This document shows, one piece after another, positions 1 through 14,270 of a stretch of 64,000 nucleotides of DNA. How positions within the stretch are numbered: position 1 is the first letter of the stretch; each line of letters starts with the position of its first letter. Position numbers and translations under genes: made by a program. Source of the DNA: Camelus ferus (lineage: Eukaryota); contig NC_045698.1 of the NCBI RefSeq assembly GCF_009834535.1, positions 5,210,001 through 5,274,000 of the forward strand. The letters run 5' to 3'. The notes below the pieces were generated by a model. That model did no database searches. It was not told the origin of the DNA and saw only the letters and a list, made by a program, of their open reading frames with translations.

Positions 1-559
1 ACGCCAGCGAGTGAGCTGACTACGTAGCTCACTTGCTGGACTGAGAGGAAGAGTTAAGCCTTTCCTCTTGCCAGGTCCCTTTATGGCTGTTCTGTTGACG
101 TTCGTGAGGAAATTGTGAACTCGCTTGCTGTTATTGAAGAGCCTTTCAGAGCAGACATAAATGGAACTCTGGGCAACTCATTAAGACATTTATCAGAAGT
201 GCTGCATGGTTATTCACGGTGCTGCTCCGGCACCGACAGTAAGATGAAAGGATACTGTTCTTATGAGCCACAGAACACCCCCAGATCTGTTTCCTTCTTA
301 CTCTCTGATTTTGCAGAAATTCACCCAACTTAGCAAACAGATCTGCAGCACCCCGAAGCCTCCGTGTGTCCTGGGAAGGTGCTGGAAGGAGGGGCCAGTT
401 TCCCTAGTCAGGGGCTAAATGTGTCACACTGTGGACTCCAGACTCCTCAGAGGCAAAATGAGGGAACTGGTCACTGCATGACCTTGTCTAATATTCCAGA
501 ACTTTGCCAGTGAAGTTGCAACGAACTACTGTTTGGAAGTTTCCAAGCATTATGATATT

Positions 560-1900
560 TTTGGTCTTAGAAATATTATTTAAGTTGCTAAGTCTCCAAG
601 AACTTTTCATTATAGTTTATTATTTCGAGAACGTGTTGATCAGTCTTAGTAATTTTTTGGTAACATTTATCTTTAAATAATTTTAAATAGATTACATGCA
701 CAGCTCTCTCACTTAGCCGATATTTAAATTTGGGAGATTCTTTTCAGTCTGAACCCACCTGTTGCCACAGCGCTTTCCTAGGGCTAATCGTGGTGTACAG
801 ATCATTTTTCTCTACTCTTTGGATGATAATTAGATAAATTTGTGCGTCTGTGTAAAAGGTTTACACTGGTCATTTTTATTGCTGAAGCATTCGATTTTCA
901 AGTTCCGCTACTGTACTGTGCATCTCTGGACTCGAGGGTAGTTAGTTGTTGCTGTTCATGTCCCTCCGAATTATCACCGTGGTATAAACAGGATTGTTTC
1001 ACGAAACTCTCCCCTGGTTTCTGTTGTTTCAAGCACAGCAAATTTGTCTGCCTCCGATTTTGGCATTTACTTAATTTTTTTTTCCTTAAGTGATAGGTAA
1101 CTGGTACCTTTGACATTTGTGTCCTTTTTTACTTCAATAAAATTAAGTAATTACTACTTAATTACTAATGAAATCAACATTTTTTTCCCAAGGGCTGTTT
1201 TTAATTTGTAGCCCATATTGTGTGAACCTGGAACGTCCTGCCCTGTAGGGACATGGTTTTGTTAACGAGTCCACTGCTTTATGCAGTTTAGATATTTGGT
1301 CATGTTTGTCCCTGGTGTTTCCTAGTTTTCCCTTGATCTTGGTCTTGGTTGGGTTTCATTTTACTTAAGTATCTAATATTTATATAAATGTTTCACTTCT
1401 GTATTTAGTCAATACACATTTTCTTCTTTGGTGAGTATCTATCAGTATAATTCACTGTATCAGACCAGAAAAAAAAAAAAAATGGAAGCAAGAAAAATCT
1501 GATCTGGCCCGTCTCTCAAAAGAACTCGGACTGTAAAATCTCTAGTAAAGAAATCTACCTTCTCTTTTTTTCCTCACATTTTCTATTATAATTGATTCTG
1601 TTCCTTTAAGAGAACAGCATTCTGGATTTTGTTTTTCATATTTTGTGATCTGATTTTTTAAAAAATATTTCACTTTTTGGCCATTTGGCACTTAATGTAG
1701 TATGTGCTGAGAGCTCAGACTCGAAGTTTCCTTCTATTATTAACAGACGTTCTCCCGGCACCATTGATTCCATAACCAGTCCATCCCCGAGTTATCACGG
1801 CAATCTTACTTTATAGTATCATAACTGTTCCTCTTCCTCAGACTCTGAACTTTGACTCTTCAGCCTCTCAGTTTAATCACAGGCATACTCTTCTTGAAGT
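560..1900 (-). mobile_element. Ancient L1 (L1M/L1ME-type) degraded fragments
   Basis: T-rich sequence with antisense L1 ORF2-like pieces (ttcagtctgaacccacctgttg, ccggcaccattgattccataacc). Confidence 0.45.
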
Positions 1901-4900
1901 CGATAGTAAGATAATTTAAAAGAAATTTACATGTCTGTAAGTGGTGTTATCCTCGGGCTGGTACAATAATTAGCTTGTTGAGGGCCCTTTCTCCTTTTAA
2001 GTCATTTTTCTTAGGTTTATGGAAATTACATCATCCACGTGCTTGGTCTCACTTCCAGAGGTGTTCTGTGGTTTTATGGTGGAATTTCTCACTGGAGATG
2101 TGAACAGATTCCAAGATCGGTGGTGTTGGTGCCTGACTGTGGGTTTTGCTCCTACCAAGGGCCAAAACTTCTCACCAGAAAAGCCTGTGTTCGATGCTAC
2201 TCCCGGAGCTAAAACGTTTTCCTTCTTGGAGATGAAATAGGGGACTTCAGAGTTTTCTGATTAAAGCAGAGGATATCCCCCAGCTGTCTTCACAGCACAG
2301 TTCATGATCTAGGTGAACTTTTACTTAATTCTTTTCAACTGACAACTGTTCTAGAGAATGTCTTATTTTCCCTAACTGCACAGCTTCCTTCTGTGTGTGT
2401 GAAGAATATATTTTTCTTGTTTTTTTCAGCCATGATTTAATGGATCGGACGCGAGACTAAGTTATCATCTGTAGACTTTCAGGTTAATCTGGGGCAGTAC
2501 CGCCTGCAGTGTCTACTCATTGGCTGATTGTCAGATAGACTCATGGCTATGATAGTACGTTGACTGTAATGTGCCACTAAAACATAAGCTATTTTGCATG
2601 AAGAAGCTGGGTCTCCTTAAGAGCTGTAGACCAGAGTGCATCACCCAGGGGCCATCTGCTCTGGTGGAGGGCGGACTTGGGAACAGGCAATCCCGGTTCA
2701 GTGTGGTGAGTTTCAGGTAGCACCAGAGAGAGCTCCTCGAGGCCTCGGGCACATGGGGACGGCTCCAGAGAAGAGGGCACCACAGAGCTGAGTCTGGAAG
2801 GCCGAGGCTACCACACACACAAGCACTGGTGTCTAAGAGCGCAGACATGTTCTTTGAACCTACAGCTGCGGCACATGGTTTGACCTGGCGAGATCTTTTA
2901 CAGATGATGCTCGGAAAGGTCTTGGACCACATCATTGAAAACATATGTAGTCCAGGACAAAAAATTTGACCCTCATTAGATAGGCATTAAAGACACAATT
3001 AATTCTAAACAATGGAAGGACATGACCCTAGAGTCCTGGAAAACATACACAAGCATCCACCAGCTAAGCACTCCACAGCTCCGCCCAGGCGTGCGGAGGG
3101 GCTTCTTCAGCTGCCAGGTGACTCTGCTCAGCTGACTCCCCAGTATTTCTCCTTCCCTTCATCACCAGTTGCTTGGAATAGACAATATTTGAAGCTGGGT
3201 TCTCATATCCCATTCATGTATGTAACTTCTTGCCTAATTGTTGTTGAACTGTTGTCTCTAAGGTGGCCTTGGATCCCCAGGTAACAAGCCCATAGTTGAA
3301 ATGGTGAACTGCTCAGGTTTAAGAAGAAAAAAAAAGGTTATCTGCCTTTGGAGAAACAAAGAAGATCGATGCTAATGACTGAAGTGAGGCTGTTGAGAAT
3401 TAATCTCAGTTTAATTGACCCTTGCTGTTTTAGTCCTCTGTTCACGCAAATTCAGGAGGCTCATTCTGGTTTGAAGATGAAAATTTTTCAATAGGCAAAG
3501 ATTAATAGAACCTTTAACAATCTTGGAAATGTAAGGAGGCTCGGATGTCTTCTAAATCAGCCTCATCTATTTTATGAAAGAGGAAACAGATTGATTAGGT
3601 GACTTGCTTAAGGTCACACAGCCTTTTCATCCCTGTAGGATACAGCCATCAGGCTTCTGCTTCAATATTTCAAAATCAGAGTGACTTTGTGACTCAGGGA
3701 GAATCTGTGAGCACAGTGTCTGGCAGCCGTATATTTTTTCAGGGACAAAATGAAAACACAGAGAAACTGTATATCGAAACTGGTTGTTTGCTTGACTTTC
3801 TGACCAAAACAATTGAAGCAGCATCCTGAGAAGCTGAAATCGTTTGGTGCTGTGTGATGTTGTGATGAAGTAGCTTACCATTGAACCTGTCCTTGCTGGA
3901 GCACCTGGTGTAGCCATTTAATTTAGGCTTTGGTTAAGACTAGGAAACAGCGTGGAGGTCCCCTCCTGATTCAGGGTCTCACAGGCAGGTGAACCAGTGC
4001 TTTGTTAGGTTTGAAACGAGTAGAAGCAATGAAAAGGGGGCAAAGAGGGAGGAAGAGAAGAAAAAGACATGCAGAAGGAAACGATAATAGAGAATTGGAA
4101 AATCGCTGTGCAAGCTGAGAAGCAGACAAGGCGGTTAAAAAAAAAAAGAAGCTTGTGATTAGGAGTAGAAAATAAAACCACGCAGGAATACGTAAATATT
4201 TTCAGCCCCCACACTATGGAATTCTACCCTTTCTCTTAGACTATGGCTTCATAATTCAGATATTGTGTTACTTCAACTTAGTGTCATGGGAATAATACTG
4301 AGATGCTTTTGTATGTTAAAAAAAAATTGTGACATGAGCAGCAGACATCTGTCCTCGACTGTGGGAAGTGCTCTTTCCTTCCTGGGCCCTCAGCCTTCAG
4401 TCTTACAGGGCCCAGAAACTCTCCCTTTGTTCATGCGTTGATTGCTGACTCTACCAGAAATATTCTTAACTGATCCGTCACTAGAGATTTACTAAACTCG
4501 GAAGCAGTAACTTGCCTTTGGAACATACGTACGATGTGAATCATTTGCTTTTCTGGAATCTAAAGCTTAGGTTCCATCCATGGAAAATAATGTTGTTCAG
4601 CATTTTCTTCACTACTGTCAAAAAGAGGAGTCTTTTCTATTGTTGGCTTTTTAACCAAAAGAGAACAAACCCCCATTTTTAAAATTCACTTCTAAATTTT
4701 CTGGGAAACCCCTGTGCTGTGGGAGCTGTGTAAAGTGGCCATCTGACTTATGGACCATTGGTTTTCAGGTCACTCAAGAACTGATGATACGAAGTAAATT
4801 TTTCATAATTAGTAAAGGTGAACATTAAAACCTTTTAAGGTCCGTGTCACTGCCACTCTTTCTCTTTAAAAGTCTATCTGCAGCAGTCGTCCTGGAACTT

Positions 4901-5038
4901 CTCCTGGGGACTGGGGCCCATGTGCATGATGTGCATGGCATCAGTGCCAGGAACAGAGAAACCGGGACGAAGGGTGAGCCTTGGAGAAGGTTCGGAGGGG
5001 CTTCTGCTTTCAGAGAAAAATTTTGGATGGCTTGCTCT

Positions 5039-5570
5039 CTTTTTTTTAATTGAAGTACTTACAGTTGATTTACAATGTTGTCACAGTCTCTGGTGTACAG
5101 CACAGTGATTGAGCTACATACATATGTATATTCTTTTTCATATTATTTTTCATTATAGGTTACTACAAGATATTGAATATAGTTCCCTGTGCTATACAGA
5201 AGAAATTTGCTTTTTATCTATTTTATATATATTAGTGTGTATCTGCAAATCCCAAACTCCTAATTTATTCCTCCTCCAATCTTTCCCCTTTGGTTACCAT
5301 ACATTTGTTTTCTGTCTGTGAGTCTGTCTCTGTTTTGTATATGAGTTCATTTGTGTCATTTTTTTTTTCAGATTCGACATGTGAGTGATATCGTATGGTA
5401 TTTTTCTTTCTCTTTCTGGCTTACTTCACTTAGAATGACAATCTCCAGGGCCATCCTTGTGCTGCAAATGGCATTATTTTATTGTTTTTAATGACTGGGT
5501 AGTATTCCATTGTATAAATATACCACAACTTCTTTAGCCAGTTATTTGTCAATGGACATTTAGGTTGTTT
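5039..5570 (-). mobile_element. L1 3' end (artiodactyl/camelid family), 5'-truncated
   Basis: Poly-T then aattgaagta...gttgatttacaatgttg...ataggttactacaagatattgaatatagttccctgtgctataca...aatggacatttaggttg, the antisense L1 3'UTR and ORF2 end. Confidence 0.9.
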
Positions 5571-5769
5571 GATTTGGAGCATTTTTGACAATTAAAAAGT
5601 ATACAAGTGTATTAGCAGTTATAAAAATAACATTAACCTGAAATCATAAATGTAATTCTGATACGAGATATTAATAGTAGTGTAAGCTTCAAATTAAAAA
5701 GTCACTGTATGATTCAGTTACAAAATCTCCATTTCATTCCGCCTTGTATCATCTTCTTTCTTTCCCGAG

Positions 5770-6050
5770 ACTTTCTATTACTGCCTTTATTTCTAAAGTA
5801 TTTGCCCTTGTTTCTTGGAGACTGGTTATAATAGCTGTTTCAAAGTCTTTGATAATTTTAACATCTATGACATAGAATTAGTGTCTGCTGATTTTCCTTT
5901 TGCTTGTGGGTTGAGATTTTCCTGGGCCTTAGGAATTTGGGATTGATTCTTGGACAATTTGAGTATTATGTTACGGGATTCTGGGTCTTATTTAAGGAGA
6001 ATGTTGTTTGTTTTAACAAGCGATTGACCAAGTTAGTTATAGGTTGGAGG
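5770..6050 (-). mobile_element. Old L1 fragment
   Basis: gttataatagctgtttcaaagtc...ttttaacatct...tctgctgatt...gttgagattttcctg resembles antisense L1M 5'/ORF1 region. Confidence 0.5.
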
Positions 6051-6102
6051 TTTTAAAATTTCATTTAGCTTGTTCTCCTATATTAAGGATTGTGTTAATT
6101 AG

Positions 6103-6372
6103 TGTTATTGGCTAAATTGTGTCCCCCTAAGTTCATATGTTGAAGTCCTAACCTGTGCCTTCAGATGTAACTGTATTTGGAGATAGGATCTTTAAAGAGC
6201 AATTTAAGGATCAGTGAGGTCATTAGGGTGGGCCCTAATTCAGCTTGACTGGTGTCCCTGCAAGAAGAGGCTGTTGCTCAGACTTCCAGCCTCAGTAACG
6301 GGGAAAGCGAATTCCCGCCTCATTCATCGCCCTGTCTGTAGTCGTTACCATGGCTGCCCGAGCCGAGTAACA
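6103..6372 (+). mobile_element. MaLR solo LTR (MLT1A/B-like), internally deleted
   Basis: tgttattggctaaattgtgtccccc...catatgttgaagtcctaacc...gtatttggagatagg...gaggtcattagggtgggccctaat...gacttccagcctc. Confidence 0.85.
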
Positions 6373-6863
6373 TGTTTAGGTTTCATATTATTTGGTTATT
6401 ATTGAAGACATTTGAGGCTTGTTTTTTTTTTTTTAATTCACCTTAATAAGCTAGTGACCTGACATTATAATAAAAAACATGCAAACTCGTGTTCACATGA
6501 GGTACAAGAAATTACTGAGCGTGTTTCCCGGAGAGGGTGAGTGGGGGGGCGTCAGGAGGGCTGTTCTTAGAGAAGTGCCAGGCGGTCACCTCTTTTCCGT
6601 GTTGCAGAGGAAGCAGATGTGTGGTTCTAGAAAGGGAGACACGAGGGGAGAGACTGTCTTATGTGACTATGTGAGTTTCTTTGCACGAAGATTATTCTAA
6701 GCAATAAGTTATAGAAAAACTGAGAAAACACTTGCTGCGTCTGTGGTACAGAGTTGATATCCTTAATGGATAAAGGAATGCTTGCAAATGAATTCAAAAA
6801 ACAGTGACGGGACTGGAGAGGGGAGACACAGGCTGCTGCTGTGGAGCTGTTGTTTCTCCCTGT

Positions 6864-6901
6864 CACACACAGATGCACGCACACGCACACACACGCACAC
6901 A
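6864..6901. repeat. Imperfect (CA)n microsatellite
   Basis: cacacacagatgcacgcacacgcacacacacgcacaca. Confidence 0.8.
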
Positions 6902-6939
6902 AATAGCCACCAGCTGTGAATATCATATTCCCAATGTTT

Positions 6940-7560
6940 AAATTAAACCATTAACAAGCAGAGTTTTCAAATGTATGTAAAACCCAGGGTCGGTAAGAAT
7001 CTGTGCAAATGGACCTGTGGCCTTTAAACTGGCTCCTGTATTTGTAGGGCAGCCTGTTCAAACAGAGTGATGACCTTCACATGGACAGTGCCCTTTGACC
7101 CACCAGTGACGCTTGTCATCCTGTATCCCAAGGACATGCCAATGAATGTGTGCAAAAATTTAGCCTCCAGGAATGTTTATCACAGTGTATTTTATAATGG
7201 CAAAATGTGGGAAGAATCGGATATCTGACAGCAAGGGTTTAGTGAAATAACTTTGGTTACGTTTGCATATAATATAAAGACTTTGCAGGCTGACAATAGG
7301 ATGACAATATGACAGTAATTTTTACAATAACTTACATTATTATGTGAAAGAAACACAATTCTAAATTATGGGAATATTGCAGTTCTTTTTTTGAAAGAAA
7401 AGTAGCTATATATGAAAACAAACTATTGGAAGGATGTTCATCAAAATACTGAAGTGGGTCATTTTGAATTACAGATATTTGAATGATAGGTAATTTTTAA
7501 TATTTTCTTTTGGATTGTCTGTGTTCCATTTTTTTTAATAAACATATAATACGTATAATA
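6940..7560 (+). mobile_element. L1ME-like 3' fragment
   Basis: ccctttgacccacc...atcccaagg...tgtgcaaaaatttagc...aatgtttatcacagtg...ttataatggcaaaa. Confidence 0.6.
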
Positions 7561-10500
7561 CTGTTTGGAAAAGACTCTGTATGGTTTACTTAAATATAAA
7601 AATGATGTTCCAGAAACAGTCATGTTGTGACAGCTTTGATTTCATAAAGCGAAGGTAAAATTTCTGAAACGCCAAGTGCCTTTGCAGTCATGTTTTATAG
7701 TTCATGTCTTGCTCTTGTTTTGTTGATTTCACTGGAGATTAGCTCTTATCTTAAATATTCCTAAACCTTAGGACTTCCAGAGTCAAAATAGTAAGTATTC
7801 TGACCCTATGCCACCTTTAATGAAGCCATTCATCTTATAGTTCCTCTTCGGAATGCAGCTGACTTCATTTCCAAATGTGGATCAGTTAAGAAAATTAAAT
7901 TTCAACTATTTGTTTACAATCAAGTATGTATCATGGACCATCTTTACCACGATGTTCTATTTTTAAACCAATGCTTCTTAAAAAATTCGAATGTACTATA
8001 AATAATCAGATCTACTGGAAAACACAACTGGGATTTTTTTAAACGAATTACCTCTCATACGACGTTGTTGTTTTTCAAGAATTGAGAAACACTGACCTGT
8101 TCCTGAAGGGGGTGGTGCATCTGTGTGTGTCTTTCTATTTTTGACAAGTGAGTCTGTTCTCTTTCTGTTTACTGAAGCACAAGGAGCTATTATGTGGAGT
8201 GGAATGTGCTGGAATGGACCCTCTGGGTTGGGGTTCTGGGTTTAGATCTCTCCACCAGAAGTCTGTGAGTGTGAGCGTCCTCGGCTTCCCTCCTCCAGCC
8301 CCCATGAAAGTGGAGCCAAAAATGCTTTTTCTCTGGCTCACTGTGCTGCTCACAGGCCTCCCAGGAGGCGGGTGGCAGTAACAGAGCTGTCACAGGGCTG
8401 CCGCAGATGGTTCTGTGCTAAATCTGCAGCTCAGGGTGAGCCTCCCTGGGGGAGGGACAGGGTGGCTGGAAACTGCTCATGTCACTCCAGAGACACTCCC
8501 TGTGGGTCGCTGGGCAGAGGCAGCTCATTAATTACAGATGGTAGAGGCTCCCCGCCCCACCACGCACCTGCATTTCCAGGTTTGCATTTGGAAACAACAG
8601 GACTGTGCCATGCTGGAGGGTTCGGGTGAAACAGGGTTACAGAAAATAAGGAATCCTCTCGTAATAGCTTCCGTAAGAGCATGTAATATAATCCAAGAAT
8701 TCCAAGGGTTCTTGGATAAATAAAAACCATAGCTACCATTCTCAAATGCTGGCTGTATGCAGACACTGTATGAAGCAATAGTGTTCAACATATACTTTTG
8801 TTTTCAGTGCACAAAATGGCAGTGTCCCTACTTACAGAACATGGAACAGAGACTCAGATCACTCAAGTAGCTAGCGAATGGTCACAGGGCTTGTAGATGA
8901 AGACAGAAATTGAAGCATTTGATTCACATCCACATGCACACTTACAGACATCATTGTTAAGAGCTCTCTTAACTAGGGGATTTATTCTAAGCACATCCCC
9001 AAATATAAACCTATTTTGTTTGACAAGTAGAGCCAGCAAACCTATTTAAAATTGGCAGACTATTTGGGTGAAAGTTATTTGCAAGTGTCGTGTACCTGAA
9101 TAGATTTACCTTTACTGAAGATGTCACTTTTTAACATGGCACATCTCAGTGTGTATCTTCATTAAGAGGTTCCAGTATCTCAGGATGCTTAATTCCTTTC
9201 TAATTAATCTGTATTGAAAATTATTCTTTTTTCCTTGAGTTCATGATAGAGATGCTGTTAATCTCTCTTGTTCATGGAGTGGCTCACATTCCAAGCATTA
9301 GTCTCTGCCAGCCAGAGAAATGGAATTGCTTATGTATTCCAGAGTGGCCAAGGAAAGCCAGTCTGAATAGGTCACATTTTAGGGCAGATGTGAGGGATTA
9401 GAATGATTGCGTTAAAGTAAGGGAGCATTTCAATTTTAATTGAATATCAGATATATGACCAAAGAAAGGAAGGCTGTCTCGACAGCATGTATGTTAAGCT
9501 ACTTCATGTTCTAGAAGACATTAAACTAGATTCGCTCTCTATTTGGAAGACTTCAAAACAATTTTACCTTCCATCAGATTGGCAGTTAACACACTTATAT
9601 GATTTTGACATGTATGTAGGTGACAGAGAGGGTCCCCCGCCCCCACCGAAGGAAAAGGTGTCTGTGGTTTGCATTCAAGGAACAAAGTAAGATGCTGATG
9701 AAGTTGTGAATTTGGCCCAGCAGGGGTGGGGCCGGCAGCTGTGAAAAGTGTTGAGTCGCGGAGAACACCTGGAGAACCTTCTCAGAAGGCCACCTTGTGG
9801 TCTGGTAAATACCCTGTAGGCGTGCCGTTTCCCCCCTGACTTACACTGTCTTGTGACTGCCAGTATTCAGATGATGTTAAAGTGATATTAAATTAAAACC
9901 GAGCTTAGAAAAGTTAAGGGGCATAGTTCGCCTCTGGAGCAGGAGGTAAAGGGAAGCTTTGAGAATCTGTTCCCTGACTCCAATACCAGAGAAAAGAAAA
10001 GTGGGTAAATTACTTAAATGTTGATGGCTGCCAAGAGTAAGAGGAAGGTGAAACTCGGGTCCACGGAGGAAAAGGGCAGGAGAGAAGCGGCTGTTCTGGC
10101 CGGGGCAGAGGGGCCGGCAGACACACACCTGCGAGGGTCTCCCTTCGTTCTCAGAAAAGACGTCACACTTTCAGCTGAGCTCCCTCCGGCTGATCACTGT
10201 GCACTGATCAAAGATGTATGCAATGAGGATGCTTCTGCTGCGGACCGCTTCTACTTTGTTTCTCGGCCTTCATGTATCTGAGAGCCCTTGGAGAGTTCCC
10301 CGGAGAGGCGGCCTTCTGAAGCGTTGACCTGTGCATCGAGATGGTGCCAGTGGTCAAGTTGAAGGAGACGTCTCGAAGGCACTCCTGGTACTTTTTTATT
10401 TAGAAACTTACATAAATACAGCATTGAGGTGTCCCAACACCAACACTCAGCTCTTCTCTCCTTTCCTTGCACTGAAGGATCTTTTGCGTGTTCCCGCTTG

Positions 10501-11009
10501 CTGGCTGGGTATTTTTAAAAGAGAAATTATTCTCTTTAGCAAGTTATTTTTGTTTGTTATTGTTTTGTCTTGTTGGGGTGTTCTGCAATAAATTGTGTTG
10601 TTTGTTTATCTAATTTCTTTGAAGGAACTAAATGTTTTAGAGTTGTGGGGATGTTATTTTCAGAGCTTGCTTTTCCCTGACTGCACGGTGTGACCAGCCT
10701 CAAGGCCCAGTTAAAGGGCTTCACGTCCAAGTTTACACTTGAACAGCCAAGGTGCCAGCTCTCAGGGCTGACTGCCACCGCTTTCCCCATCCCTTATGCT
10801 CCTCTGTGCTCCCGGCAAGGTGGGGCTCTGTGGGAGCTTGCGGTGGAAGGTGGTACCAAGATCCTCTAAGTCCACAGACAATCTTTCCTAGTGGCTGGTA
10901 GGAGAGACAGGAATAAAGACAGACAGTTGCAACTAAGGACTGCTTGTAGAAGCCCAGATACATTTCCTGCCAACTGAGACCTTCATTGTCTGCTGCTACA
11001 CTATCCCCC

Positions 11010-11120
11010 TGAAATGGGAAGTAAGCCTTAGGAAAGTTACTTAAATTCCGTGCCTCGGTCTTTCTGGTCTTTATAATGGGGTCATAGAGTTTCACTTCCA
11101 TTGATGGTAGAGTAGCTCCT
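11010..11120 (+). mobile_element. MIR SINE fragment
   Basis: ccttaggaaagttacttaaattccgtgcctcggtc...tttataatgggg (MIR core). Confidence 0.65.
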
Positions 11121-11129
11121 GTCAAACCA

Positions 11130-14100
11130 AACGTCCCTGAGATAACACTACAAACTCTGGATAAAAATATAAAACAAAGCTGCCTGAAGGTACCAGGGAG
11201 TGACTGAAAAGAAGCAGAATCAGATTGGAGTAGCACTTGGAAGTAAAGGCACAGCACCTGGATGAGTTTCCTGTTTTTATGGATGTGGGGTATTAGGGAG
11301 GACCCTAGTCAGCCCCGGAGGGATGGATACAGTTCAGGAAGAACTCCGCAGTTTCCCTGGACTGTACCATCACTAAAGGAATTCATTGACAGGGCAGTCA
11401 GTAGAACAGGAGGAGGGAAATGCTTGGAGGGACAGAGCCACAGAGGGGGAGCCCCCGATACCGAATATAAACACCATACACACCTCAGGCTGACTCTTGA
11501 AATAAACAGGAACAGGACAGAACCCTAGGACACAGCTGAAGATACAGGAGCTGAACAGAGGCCACAGCTGCTGCCCATGACAGGGGAGTGCTGCCCACTG
11601 AGCTCGCCTGTTACATTAAGTGGAAAAGTTAGGGGTGGATCTTGTCATCGCTACAGGACGCACCCAAGCTGGCTCAGAAGGCAGCAGGTTAATTGAAATG
11701 GAATTTTTTTTTTTTAACAAATTCAATTTATCAAAAGACAAGAGGAAAGGAAAAGAAGAGGGACACGAAACAGACGGGACAAACATAAAAGCTGGAGTTA
11801 AATAGCAGACCTAAATCCAACCCTGTTAATAATTACGTTAAAATAAATGGACTAAATGCACTAATTAATAGGTTGATGTAATCAGAATAGGTAAAAGCAA
11901 AACTCAGTTATATGCTGTTGATAAGAGATGCTATTTAAATATAAAGATATATAGGCTAAGATATTTGAAAGATACACCATACAAGCAAGCCCTGTAAGAC
12001 GGGAGTGGTCACGTTAGTATCACGTGCAAGACCCAGAGAACGACCAGACGTCGCACAGTAACGTGATGGTGCTCTTATTAGGAAGATGTGACAGTCACGA
12101 ATGCTATGTGCTACAGATGGCTGAAAACAGAGCTGACAGAATCTAAAAGAGTAAGACATCCTCTTAGAGTGAATTGGTGATGATTAGAGGGAAAATAACA
12201 CCAGTTTTACACGAACCATTAAAAAAAATAGAAACAGAGAGAACACCTCTCAACTCATCTTATGAGGCCAGCATAACCCAGGATACCAAAACCTAGTAAA
12301 GATATTCAAGTAAATAAAATAACTGACCCATATGCTTAATGAATTTATATGCAAAATCCTTACTAAAGTCTCAGCAAATCAAATCTGCCAATATGTACAA
12401 AAGATAATATATCTTGACCACACTGGGTTTGTTCTGAGGATGTAGGATGGATTTAGCATGAAAACTCATCAGTTTAGACCACCAAATTCACAGAATAAAG
12501 AACAATAATATGAAGGTTGCAATAAATGGAAAAAGCATTCGGCAAAATTCAGCACCATTCTGTGATAGAAACTTAGCAATTTAGAAGAAGGGAACACTTT
12601 CAAACTGATAAAGGGCATATATGAAAAAAATACAAATGACGTCTTAGTCAAATATTGAACATTTTCCCTTTATGATCTAGAACAAGGCAGTTCAGTTCAG
12701 TAGTTTTACTGCAGGTCATACAAGGAAAAGGAGGCAAGAAAAGGAAGTAAGAGGAAACACAGAAGGTAACAAGTAAAATGGTCTCTTTGCACAGGACAAA
12801 TTATTTACAGGGAAAATCCTAAACAATCTATTAAACAACCAGTAGAGCTAATATATGAACATAACAAAGTTGAGGGATGCCAAGCCAATATACAAAGGTC
12901 AATTGTACCTTTATATACTGGCAGGGAAGAAAGTTGAAAAAGTAGAGATATAATTTCCTTTACACTTACGTAAAAAAGTGCATAATAAATTTTTTAAAAA
13001 GACATGTGAGATCTCTACATTTAAAATTACACAGTTGCTGAGAGATATTTTTAAAAGAGCAAAGAAAGGAGAGCAGTACGGTGTGTTCATGGCCTGAAAG
13101 CCTCAAAATTATTAAAATATGAATTATCTCAAGATTGTTATATATAGTCGGTCAGTCCCAATTATAGGCCCAATAGGCTTCTTGTAGAAATGTATCAACT
13201 GATGTAAAATTTATGTTGAAATGCAAAGGACTTAGGAGAGTCAGAGTAATCCTGTCAAAGTAGAGCCAGGTTACCAGACTCGCTTGGGTCGGCTTTAGCG
13301 TTCAGTACAGGGCGGTACTAGCATGACGGTCAGCACAGGGAGTCCGTGAACAGACCAGCTAACACAGGTGTCTGATTTGGGGCGGAGGTGCAGAAGTAGT
13401 CTCGTGGGTAAATGAAAAGTCTTTTCAAAATGGTGCTGAAACAACTGGACATACATGCAAAAAACACATGTAAACATAAAAAGAAATTAAATCCAGGTGA
13501 ATTATCTAATTGTAGCTAAACACAAAAACTAAACTGTAAAGCTTCCAGATGAAAACGTTAAAGAACATCTTTGTTGGGGCTAAAATAGACAGTGAGGTTT
13601 TTTTTATGCAAGAAACAGAAAATAATAACTTTAAAAGAATAACATTTTCTCATCAGAAACACCATTTAGAACATGAATAGGTAAGCCAAAGATAGGGAAA
13701 CATATTACACAATATAGGTCTGACAAAAACCTTTTTATCCAGAATATACAAAGAACTTCTGCAATTCAGTAATATGAAGAAAAACAACCTAATTAAAAAC
13801 GAGACAAGGGGACGGGGGGTGGGAAGGGACAGACTGGGATTTCAAAATCTGTTGATACTGACAGGCATATGCAGAATAGATAAACAAGATTATACTGCAT
13901 AGCACAGGGAAATATATGCAAGATCTTGTGGCAGCTCACAGAGAAAGAATGTGACAATGAATGTATGTATGTTCATGTATAACTGAAAAATTGTGCTCTA
14001 CACTGGAATTTGACACAACATTGTAAAATGACTGTAACTCAATAAAAAATTAAAAAAAAAAACCTGAGACCAAAGATCTGAACAGACATTTCATAAAGGA

Positions 14101-14270
14101 TGGTATATAAAAACCTCATGAGCACAGGAATAGGGCCTTAAACAGGACCTCACATTTATTAATCAACAGGGAAATGCAAATTCAAATCAGAATTGAAAGT
14201 AACACCATCCACAAGCCGAAATGACTTAATTATAAGAATGACAACACCCGTTACTGGCAAGATTGTGGTA
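11130..14270 (+). mobile_element. Old L1 (L1MC/L1M4-like): degraded 5' region plus ORF2 remnant, interrupted by a younger L1
   Basis: A-rich; ORF2 landmarks aataattacgttaaaataaatggactaaatgcac, aactcatcttatgaggccagcataaccc, gcaaaatccttactaaa, aaatggtgctgaaacaactgg, aaagatctgaacagacatttc; no intact ORF. Confidence 0.85.
13808..14062 (+). mobile_element. Young camelid-type L1 3'UTR with poly(A), nested in the old L1
   Basis: gggtgggaagggacagactggg...gtataactgaaaaattgtgctctacactggaatttgacacaacattgtaaaatgactgtaactcaataaaaaa plus A-tail; degenerate TSD aaaaacgagacaa / aaaaacctgagaccaa. Confidence 0.9.

Noticed and set aside
11740..14270. Functional L1 ORF2 or domesticated reverse transcriptase
   Set aside because: Heavily degraded with stops and deletions; no long + strand ORF
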